64,000 bases of DNA from Camelus dromedarius. Taxonomy: Eukaryota. Each line of letters begins with the position of its first letter. Positions within the stretch are counted from its first letter, which is position 1. Below, one piece after another: positions 33,551 through 43,177 of the stretch. The notes below the pieces were generated by a model. The model did no database searches and was not told where the DNA came from. It was given only the letters and a program-made list of their open reading frames with translations. The translations under genes were made by a program, and so were the position numbers. The stretch is from the NCBI RefSeq assembly GCF_036321535.1, contig NC_087442.1, positions 5,146,001 through 5,210,000 of the forward strand, in the 5' to 3' direction.

Positions 33551-35129
33551 CTAGGCCCAGCCGCGCTTCCCTTACATCGCCCTGCCTTCAGTGCAGCACA
33601 GGCTCTCCTGTCCCTGGACCCCGAAGTCAACCCTAGAGACCACCCTGACCCAGGATTCTCTCGCTGGCCCTCCCTGGACTCTCCATTGCCTGCTGCAGCG
33701 CAGAGGCTGGAAATCTGGATTCCCGGCTTCTACTTCCAGTTTTCCCTGAGAGCCTCATCTGTGGGGCTCTTGGAAATGACATTTTAAACATCCCTACTCT
33801 TATCTTCCGGTCTCTCCTAAAAGGCCTCCATTGTCAGACTGGAGGAGGATTCAGTGAATGCTGCTGGACCCCACTGGAAGGGGGAAGGAAGAAGAGAAAG
33901 GAATCAATTATTATGCCTTCTTCCCCTACTTGCCCCATTCAAGACCATCACCGGGGTCCACATGACTGTCTCAATTTTCCTTGTCCTCTCTCCCTTGTCC
34001 ATCCCATGTTCCTGTCCACTCCTGGGGCCAAGGAGTTCCCTTCAATGTTCTGGTTCCTCTGCAACCCCATTGCCAAAGCTGTATGCAGTTCTGCCACCCA
34101 CTCACCCCTAAACCCCAGAAGAGGTGGCATGTGCAGGACACTGGCCCCAGTCAGCCTGCCAGGGCTACACCCCAATGTCCTCTGGCACAGTTGACACATA
34201 CTATCCTTTTTACAGACATTTCCACTTCCTAGGCCAAGCTGAGTCTTTTCCCAGCATAAAGTTGCCCACCATTCGGCTACCATACAGCTCTACCCCAGGA
34301 CCAACCCAGTCACCATTCTTAAGTTTCTTGTACCTTCCAAAGAACCTGGTCCAAGCCAATCAACACCTGTGGCCTCCCTAGCTCCTGAGAAATGTGGGTT
34401 CTACCTACCTGTTTGACCTTAAGAATGTCTTGCACCCTCTCTGAGCTTCATCTGCAAAATACAGTGATTGAATAGAACACCTGGCTAAGTCTAAAAGCAA
34501 TATCTAACATGTCTTTTAGATGCTTAATTAGAAGTGACAGCAAGAAGTTGCACCAGGTACCTCCCAGTAGAGATCTGAGGGTAGAGAGCCCCTCAAAAGG
34601 GTTGTCCCACCAGCCAGCACATACCGGTTTTATCACTGGTGGGCTGATTGTCTCCCTCTAATAATATATGAGCCACAAGAGGGCAGGGATAGAGTCTGAT
34701 CCACCATTGTACTCCCAGCACTTCACATAGTGTCTGGCACATAGTATACATTTAATAAGTATTTCTAGAATAAATGAATAGATGGGAGGGAAGGAACTAG
34801 AGATAAGTTAGTTCTGTATGTCATAAATCTAAACTGACACTCCCAAGGCAACATTTGGAGTGCTTGCTCCCACAAGTAGGCATTTGCTATCAGAACACTA
34901 GGGTACATTACTTCTAATTGACTGGCCTATGGAATCTAGGATGTGAGTTCTCTGTGGCTATAGGAGCCCAGATGAAGGAGGGAAAACCCATGGAAATTAA
35001 CTGGCCCAGATTAGGCTGAGGCTCAGCATTCCCTATACAGCAATACTCTAAGGGCCCAATTTCTGAGCTCAGATTTGGGTGGAGGGAGTGTTCTAATACT
35101 AAGTGAACAAATAACTGCTGTGTGACATG

Positions 35130-35320
35130 TCCCCTAGATAGTTTTCACACTTATTTAATAATACACCCAGTTTCTTCCATACAATTATCTTATGAGGTAT
35201 GTTTTAGGAACAACAAAATTTAGATTCCACGAGACTCAATAACACACCCAAGGTCATACAGTTGATAAGCACAGGATAAGGGATCAGCATTTGTGCCAGG
35301 TTCTAAAGTCCACGCTTCTT
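35130..35320 (-). mobile_element. MIR SINE remnant
   Basis: cttatgaggtatg...aataacacacccaaggtcatacagttgataag...gttctaaagtccacgcttctt. Confidence 0.55.
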
Positions 35321-35679
35321 GCACAGTCTTACAGGGGCAAAGTGGAGGAGAGGACCAGTGAAATAAGGCAACTCAAGCCACCGTGGCCAGCCCTGAAGAC
35401 AGATATGACCTCAGCCAGCCTGGTTGGGCAGCCCATGAATACTGGGCTCTGGGCTGAAGAGTCCGTTTGGAAGATCCAGGATGCCTTCTGGCCTCCACTC
35501 TGACAAAAGAGTAGGCCTGGGTAGGGTCCACCTGAGCTCCCCAGAGGCTGCATGCATCTCAAAAGTGCTCTGACAAGCTCCAGCTGACGGTGGTTTCCGG
35601 AGTGACAGGAGCTCTGGCTGCCCGCGGGGGACGGGGAGGATCTTGCTGCTGCCCAAACCTCTAGGGGCCAGCAAATCCC

Positions 35680-36170
35680 CCAAACCCGCCCCTGTCGGCC
35701 CCTCAGCAATTTGTGGGCACTGGGACCAGACAACTGAGCCCCGCACGTGGGTCCGCAGCGCAGAGGGCGGGGACTGAGCACCGCGCTGGACTACAAGTCC
35801 CACAATGCTCCGGGCGGCGGCGGCGGCGGAGGTGGCGACGGGGAAGGGGGGGGTGCCTTCAGGTGTCTGCGACCTCCGCGCCTCCCGCCCGGAAGTGCCC
35901 CAGGGTCCGCTATGGAGCTGGCTGAGCCAGGCGGTGAGTCCCGGCGTCTTGACCGCGCCCACCCCGATGTCCCCCCCAGCTGGCCCCCGCTGGCCCCGCC
36001 CCGGGATCGCCCTTGCTCTTCGCCGCTCGGGGGTTGCGGGGCGGGAAGATGGGATGGGTGATGGAGGATGGAGTTGGGGAGAGCGAAGACTTCGGATTCC
36101 CGGGCGAGATGTGGGGTCTTGCTGCAGGCTGGGTTTGGATAGGCCCCCAGAGGAGGCGCGGGGTCTGGCC
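35680..36170 (+). promoter_or_regulatory. TMUB1: TMUB1 CpG-island promoter and non-coding exon 1 (donor GCG|GTGAGT at 35933/35934)
   Basis: ZNF143/ACTACA composite motif GACTACAAGTCCCACAATGC at 35789-35808, ETS site CCGGAAGT at 35889-35896, GC box, short (GGC)5. Confidence 0.8.
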
Positions 36171-36883
36171 ACCTTGGGGTGGGGTTTGAGTGGACCAGGA
36201 TGGGCCGAGTTGAACGAGGGGTGGCAACCTTCGGAGGCTCTAGTTTGCCAAAGGGCACAGTTTGACGTTTGATGTGGGGAAGCCTTGAGAATCAGACCTG
36301 TGCCACGGGTTGGGGTTTGGGTAAATGGTAACGGGGCAAGATGAGAGCGCACGCGTGTCTGTGTGTCTGTGTATGTATGTATGCACAGAGACCTTTTTCC
36401 TTCCTCCTTGGAGAAACTTTTGCGACAGAGGAGTAGATAAGCTTTGGATGAAATAGACGGAGTGGGTAAACTTTGGGTTGAACTAAACGGGAAGAATAGG
36501 TAAGCTTTGGGGTGAAGTTTGTTGGGGGTTGAAACTAGGAGAGAGGTTGCTTAGAAGGTGAAGGCCCTGACCTCGGAATAGGATTTGGGTGAATTAAGGA
36601 GCTAGTTAAAGACCTAGAGCTCAGGTTATAAAATATTAGGACTTGGGATCTGGTCATGGGAAGGGGCATGCGATGCAAGTTTGGGGTGACTAGGAGTCAG
36701 AGCAGTCTGTGTGCCAGGGTGGGGCTTAGGTAAGCATGCCGAGGAATTAGTACTTTGGGAGAGTTGTAGTGGGGTAGGTTCAGGAGCCCCCTGAAGTTGG
36801 GAGGGCTCTTGTCTGGTGAGCCAGCCCCTCATGAGTTCTTTGTGCCTCTCCAGCTCGGTAGCGCAGCGGGCAAGGCAGGTGCC

Positions 36884-37910
36884 ATGGCCCTGATTGAAGG
36901 GGTAGGTGATGAGGTGACCATTCTTTTCGCGGTGCTTGCCTGCCTTCTGGTGCTGGCTCTCGCCTGGGTCTCAACGCACACTGCCGAGGGCTCCGATTCA
37001 CTGCCTCAGCCGTCGGGGACCCCAACACCAACACAGCCCAGCGAAGCCATGGCGGTCACTGACAGCATCAGAGGGGAGGCCCCAGGAGCTGAGACCCCCA
37101 GCCTGAGACATAGAAGTCAGGCTGCACAGCCAGAGCCTGGCATGGGGCTCTCAGCAACACCACCACCCCAGGACTCGCCCCAGGAGCCCCTAGTGCTACG
37201 GCTGAAATTCCTCAACGATTCCGAGCAGGTGGCCAGGGCCTGGCCCCACGACACCATTGGCTCCCTGAAAAGGTAAGCTGGGAAGAGGACAGGAACGAAA
37301 GGCCAAAGAGTAGGGTGGGAATGATCACAGACCGGCAAGGGCCACCAGAGATATCTGAGCCTGCCCTCTCATCTTATAGATGAGGAACTGAGGTCCCCAA
37401 ATCACACACTGTATTGTTCCCCTGAAGCAGGAGGGGCCCCCTTGGAGGCCCTGACCTGGGTGGTAGGTGGAGGACGGAGATGGGAGGGGCAGTTGTTCTG
37501 GGCAAGAGGCCAGGATTGCCNNNNNNNNNNNNNNNNNNNNNNNNNNNNNNNNNNNNNNNNNNNNNNNNNNNNNNNNNNNNNNNNNNNNNNNNNNNNNNNN
37601 NNNNNNNNNNNNNNNNNNNNNNNNNNNNNNNNNNNNNNNNNNNNNNNNNNNNNNNNNNNNNNNNNNNNTCCACTGCCACGTGTCCACACGGGTGGGTCCC
37701 CCACACCCACCCTGCCCACCGGGGTCAGAGCCAGGCCCCTCCGGGCTGGAAGTAGGCAGCCTGCTGCTACCCCTGCNNNNNNNNNNNNNNNNNNNNNNNN
37801 NNNNNNNNNNNNNNNNNNNNNNNNNNNNNNNNNNNNNNNNNNNNNNNNNNNNNNNNNNNNNNNNNNNNNNNNNNNNNNNNNNNNNNNNNNNNNNNNNNNN
37901 NNNNNNNNNN
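36884..37910 (+). CDS. TMUB1: TMUB1 (HOPS), transmembrane and ubiquitin-like domain protein 1, 246 aa
   Basis: Exon 2 CDS 36884-37272 (MALIEGVGDEVTILFAVLAC...LRLKFLNDSEQVARAWPHDTIGSLKR). Exon 3 is about 37559-37910 with visible HCHVSTRVGPPHPPCPPGSEPGPSGLEVGSLLLPL. Its acceptor and stop lie in N-runs and were inferred from the recalled human length. Confidence 0.93.
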
Positions 37911-38357
37911 NNNNNNNNNNNNNNCTTGGCAGCGTTGCTGGCCCCTCCGGACCTTGCTCCCCACGACATGGTGGGAGCTGCTGTCTGCCCAGGCCTGCCT
38001 CTCCCAACTGCCTCTTCCCACTACCCTGGAGCCCAGCTCTGCGTCGCAGAGCACTCCAGGGGCCAGCGGAGACCCCTCCCTGTGACCTCCATGGCTCTGG
38101 GCCACCTGCCAGGGCTGCAGGCCCTCAGCCCCCATTGACAGTTGGCTCTTCCGGGTCAGACAGTTGCTGTCGCTGCCTTGGACCTGGGCAGAGTCGGGCC
38201 ACGCCCCTAGGCCCTTCTTAGTGTTCTGCCTGAGGACCCAGCCACCTCTAGTCCCTGATAGCTCCTTGGGCTGATTTAGGGACCCAAAGGCTGTGAGGGG
38301 CTGGAGAAGGGGAGTGGGGGATGGGGGTTGGGGGGTGGTCCTCTGGAACACGTGCAG

Positions 38358-38363
38358 ATTAAA
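38358..38363 (+). terminator. TMUB1 polyadenylation signal ATTAAA
   Basis: ATTAAA followed by a GT-rich downstream element (cttggtgtgtgtctgagtgtgttgg). Confidence 0.75.
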
Positions 38364-38499
38364 TAACTGTGAAGTTTTCACTCTTGGTGTGTGTCTGAGT
38401 GTGTTGGCCCGTGAGGGCGGGGAGCTCTTGCCCACTGGGAGAGGAATGAAGGGTGCAGACCAGGCACTTCACCCCACCCAACCTGCCCAGGCCTGCCGC

Positions 38500-39240
38500 T
38501 GACTTCCCCTCCTTTTCGCCCCAGCCTCAGCTCCTAGCTCTTTGGCTCCGCCCAGGTCCCGCCCCCATCTCCGCCCCCGACCCTGCCCCGGCGCCGCTCG
38601 CGCAGCTTCCCGGAAGCAGGGGGCGGGGCGCGCGGGGCTTGACGGGAGCCACGTCTTGCTGGCTGAGGACTCTGCCGCGATTGGTGTCTAGGCGGCGATC
38701 CGGGGGCTGCTGGGAAGATGGCGGACTCGGTGGCCTGCCGATGAGGAGGCCGCTGGGGGAGCCCGGGTCCCGGGCCCTGAGACCGACTGAGGGAGCGACC
38801 TACGCGGGGCCTGGGGAGCCATGTAGGGGTGGTGCCTGCGGGGCGGGCTGTGGGAGGGCGGCGGGAGTTGGTGTTGGCGACGGTGACCACGGTCTCCTGG
38901 CATCCCCGGGTGGGTGTGGGGGCCTCTGACACTGCCGACTCCGCGCCGTTGCAAAGCTGCGCCCAAGGGCGCCCTCCGAATTGGGCGCCGTGTCCTCGTT
39001 TCACGGGCGAGGCGGCTTGGGCAGAGAGACGAAGCCACTTGTCCAAGGTCACGCAGCTGGTAAGTGGGAGCACCCAGCATGGAACCCAGGACCGTCCGGT
39101 TACGGAGCCCGCGTTCCACTCCCCGTGCCGCCGCCGCCTCCTGCGGGAGGGGGAGGTGGTCGGGAGGGCGTATCGTCGGGGCGAGCTGGGCTTCAGGCTG
39201 GGCGCGACCACTAACCAGACTCGTGACCTCGGGCTTAACT
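38500..39240 (+). promoter_or_regulatory. FASTK CpG-island promoter
   Basis: CCGGAAG at about 38610, GC box, inverted CCAAT (gattggt at about 38680), YY1-type AAGATGGCGG at 38715-38724. Confidence 0.75.
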
Positions 39241-42200
39241 TAAACCCTTCGCCTCTCTGGGCCTTGGTTTTTCCACCTGTGAAATCGAGGTAATGCCACT
39301 CCTGCCTACCTCTTCATAGGCGTGTAAGGAGAATCAGAGAAGATAATGCATGTGGAATTGCTTTGTGAATATCCCTGCGCTGAGAAGACTGAAGGATTAC
39401 GATTGCTATTTCAAAGGATGGAAGGAGGCAGAGAGGGGCGGGTTGGGATGAGGACCAGAGTAGTCACAAAGGGTTGCTCTGATCCCAGGCCCCCTGGATG
39501 GGAAGTGAGGTGAGGAGCATATAGCTGGTCTTTCTCCCCTTTGGAGAAAACCTCACCCCCTTTTCTGGGCCACCCCTCAGGGTCTCCATCACCCAACTCC
39601 ATGCTTCGAGTCCTGCTCTCTGCCCAGGCCTCCAGTGCTCGGCTGTCTGGCCTGCTGCTGCTCCCACCAGTACAGCCCTGCTATCTGGGGCCCAGCAAGT
39701 GGGGGGACCGGCCTCCTGGAGGAGGCCCCCATGCAGGCCCTGTGCAGGGGCTGCAGCGGCTTCTGGAACAGGCGAGGAGCCCTGGGGAGCTGCTGCGCTG
39801 GCTGGGCCAGAACCCTACCAAGGTGCGCGCCCACCANNNNNNNNNNNNNNNNNNNNNNNNNNNNNNNNNNNNNNNNNNNNNNNNNNNNNNNNNNNNNNNN
39901 NNNNNNNNNNNNNNNNNNNNNNNNNNNNNNNNNNNNNNNNNNNNNNNNNNNNNNNNNNNNNNNNNNNNNNNNNNNNNNNNNNNNNNNNNNNNNNNNNNNN
40001 TTGGTGAGGAGGGTGTCTGGGGGTGGGTGTTAGTGGACAAAGAGAATAGTGGGGGACCCAAGATCACTGACAGATCAAAGCCCCCCTCCCAGGCTTTGCC
40101 AGAAACGGCACATACGCTGACACACTTGCTGCTGCTCCCCCATGTTCACTGCAGACATCATAAGTCAAGCAGCATTCGTTGCAGCTTAGCTAGGTTGCCA
40201 CCCCGTATCCCTTCTAATACAGTGCTCTAGGAAGCCGCTGCAATTTGTCACCATTGGCAAGAGAGAACTTATTTGCCTTCCTTGTATAAGGCCTTTTCCA
40301 CAGACCATTCCGATACCTTAGTTCACATGGTATTTCACATTTCTCCCGTATTTCCACATTCCCTATAGCAAACCTTCCAGCTCAAAAAACAGATTAGAAA
40401 GGTTGGGAATTCACTAACTAAACTCCAGGACTGGAGCAGAGCAGAGCAACTCCTTGTTACCCAGACTGCCTCCTTTGACCCTCTCCCTCTCAGGCTTCCC
40501 TTCAGATGGGGCCCTGGTGTGTGCCCTGGAGCAGGAGCGAAGGTTCCGCCTCCCTCCGAAGCCACCTCCCCCTCTGCAACCTGTCCTTCGTGGTGGGCAA
40601 ACGTTGGAAGCTGCTCTGAGCTGCCCCCATTTCCTGCGGCATCCGCAGCAGCACCTCATCCGCAGCCTGGCAGGTGCTGGAGGGAGTTAAAGGTGGGAGG
40701 GCGGGAGGGGAGCTGAGGAGACAGGTGGTGCTGTCTGGGCCAAGGGCCCAGTGTGATAAGCTGTTCTTCACAGAGGCCAGGCCAGAGGAACTGACTCCCC
40801 ATGTGATGGTGCTCCTGGCCCAGCACCTGGCCCGCCACCGGTTGCGGGAACCCCATCTCCTGGAAGCCATTGCCCACTTCCTGGTGGTCCAGGAAGCCCA
40901 GCTCAATAGCAAGGTGGGATTACTTCCCACCTTCCCAATCCCCTCCTACTCATCCTTGGATACCCACTAGCCCCCATCCAGCTTGATTGGCTGCTTTTTC
41001 CTGCAGCAGACAAGCTAGCTAGGCTCTCTGCTCTGTCCCCTAGGGGTTCCATCTTGGCTCACGCTCTCCTTGACTTGTCCAACTCCCCAGCCCAGATGCC
41101 CGGTTCTCAGCAGTTCCCCAAGCACTCTTAGCACACTGTCTTAGCTTCACTGATCCCACTTTTCTAAGTCTTCAGGGCAGATCCCACAGCGATGTCTCCT
41201 CTGCTTGTTTGGCAACTAATCCCTTGGGGCTCAAGCACTACTTATGCTGTCGAACCTCTGGTGTGTGTCAGGGGTAGAGGGATTGTTCTGCCTGGTCAGG
41301 GACATTATAAGCTTACAGGACAAGCCTCCCTGAGGTTCAGCTTGTAAAGAATGTTGACCATTTCCTGCTGGGTGATGGGCTGNNNNNNNNNNNNNNNNNN
41401 NNNNNNNNNNNNNNNNNNNNNNNNNNNNNNNNNNNNNNNNNNNNNNNNNNNNNNNNNNNNNNNNNNNNNNNNNNNNNNNNNNNNNNNNNNNNNNNNNNNN
41501 NNNNNNNNNNNNNNNNNNNNNNNNNNNNNNNNNNNNNNNNNNNNNNNNNNNNNNGCCCTTCCGAGCCTTGCACTTTGTCTTCTCCCCCGGTTTCATCAGC
41601 CACGTCAGTGGTGCGCAAACGGGAGGGCTGGCTGGGTCCTGGAGGGCCAGTGGGCAGGGGAAAGCAGGGTGAGGGTCTGCGGCCCAGTAAGCCTCGGTCC
41701 TGCTCTCCCGCAGGCACCCCCCATGCCCTGATTGTGCGGCGCTACCTNNNNNNNNNNNNNNNNNNNNNNNNNNNNNNNNNNNNNNNNNNNNNNNNNNNNN
41801 NNNNNNNNNNNNNNNNNNNNNNNNNNNNNNNNNNNNNNNNNNNNNNNNNNNNNNNNNNNNNNNNNNNNNNNNNNNNNNNNNNNNNNNNNNNNNNNGGGAA
41901 GGGAAGGGGACTGGTCCACAAGAAGCACAGAGTAGCAAAGCCTGGGGGACCGTCACTTGTCCGTGCTCATGCCCTCTCAGCAGTCATAAAGACAGCGAAG
42001 CAGTGAAGGTGTTTCCCAGGGGTGCAGAACTAGCTGGGACCTGGCTCGAACAAGTGTTTGGGGGCCTTCCTGATACCGGTGTTCCTCTCCTTCTCAGTCA
42101 CAAGGATATAGTGGCAGAGGGACTGCGCCAGCTCCTGGGGGAGGAGAAGTATCGGCAGGACCTGACCGTGCCTCCCGGCTACTGTACAGGTGAGCTCCAG

Positions 42201-42817
42201 ATGGGCTAGTGGCCCCCCAGAACACGGAGCCTCGTCTGCTGAAACCAGTGGCTCTTTCTCTCCCTGCCCTGCAGACTTCCTGCTGTGTGTCAGCAGCTCT
42301 GGTGCTGTGCTTCCTGTGAGAACCCAGGACCCCTTCCTACCATATCCTCCCAGGTCCTGTCCCCACACAACCCGTGACCCTGCCCAAAGGTAAGGGGAGA
42401 GGATGGGAGAGCCTCAGCTGCCTCGGTGCACAGCGACTCTGAGCCGCAGTCGCTTCCTCTCTAGGGTGGTGCTCATGCTGCGGGAGCGCTGGCATTACTG
42501 CAGGGACGGCAGAGTGCTGCTGGGCTCCCGGGCCCTGCGGGAGCGGCACCTGGGTCTGATGGGCTACCAGCTCCTGCCGGTGAGGGCCTTGCCCACCCTG
42601 CCCCGCCTCGCCCCTCCCCTCTCCTCCCCTTGGGACACCTAGTGTGCATCCTCACTGTCCCCACCCCCCGCAGGCCCTAAGGATAACCTGTTGCTCTCTC
42701 CCCCTGCAGCTACCCTTCGAGGAACTGGAGTCACAGAGAGGTCTGCCCCAGCTCAAGAGCTACCTGAGGCAGAAGCTCCAGGCCTTGGGCCTCCGCTGGG
42801 GGCCTGAAGGGGGTTGA
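38741..42817 (+). CDS. FASTK: FASTK, Fas-activated serine/threonine kinase, 542 aa; mitochondrial isoform from Met35 at 39601
   Basis: Exons 38741-38822, 39581-40003, 40494-40673, 40774-40913, ~41397-41610, 41714-~41873, 42098-42189, 42275-42389, 42465-42579, 42710-42817, total 1629 nt. Peptides SPSPNSMLRVLLSAQ, RVVLMLRERWHYCRDGRVLLGSRALRERHLGLMGYQLLP (RAP domain) and LRWGPEGG*. Two boundaries are masked and inferred. Confidence 0.95.
39230..39385 (+). mobile_element. MIR SINE remnant in FASTK intron 1
   Basis: gtgacctcgggcttaacttaaacccttcgcctctctgggccttggtttttccacctgtgaaat...tgcctacctcttcatagg. Confidence 0.6.
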
Positions 42818-42898
42818 GGGGGTAGACACAGGGTTCAGGATGGCCCCCCTATGGGGGGTGGACAGTTTGCACTTTGGCTCCTTCTGTTTTGATTTGTC

Positions 42899-42904
42899 AT
42901 TAAA
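42899..42904 (+). terminator. FASTK polyadenylation signal ATTAAA
   Basis: Located 82 nt after the stop codon, followed by a pyrimidine-rich tract. Confidence 0.7.
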
Positions 42905-43043
42905 GCCCCTTTCCTTCCCCACTGCACTTCTCCTTTCTGGGATAGAGTGGGCTGCGTTTCCCCACCTCTTTTCCATTCATGCCTGGACAACACACACGCT
43001 CACGCACAGACAGAAGGCCAAAGACAGGTGGGGGCTGAAGCAC

Positions 43044-43049
43044 TTTACT
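43044..43049 (-). terminator. SLC4A2 polyadenylation signal AGTAAA (variant)
   Basis: Plus-strand tttact, about 130 nt past the SLC4A2 stop, with GT-rich sequence further downstream on the minus strand. Confidence 0.65.
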
Positions 43050-43177
43050 GCGGGGGGTGGGGAGGGGGACTTTAAATTATTCACTTAAATAAAAATGAGG
43101 AGGGAGGAGGATGAGGAGAGTACCCCCAGCCCGTTCCCTCTGTCCGTCCGCCCCTCGGCTGTCCATCCAGGTAGCAG

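Noticed and set aside
35411-36352. 313-aa minus-strand ORF over the TMUB1 promoter
   Set aside because: Non-ATG start, GC-driven, no domain similarity.
36797-36883. N-terminal extension of TMUB1 shown in the ORF track
   Set aside because: Most of it lies upstream of the acceptor at 36853/36854 and is intronic; it is not joined in frame in the spliced mRNA.
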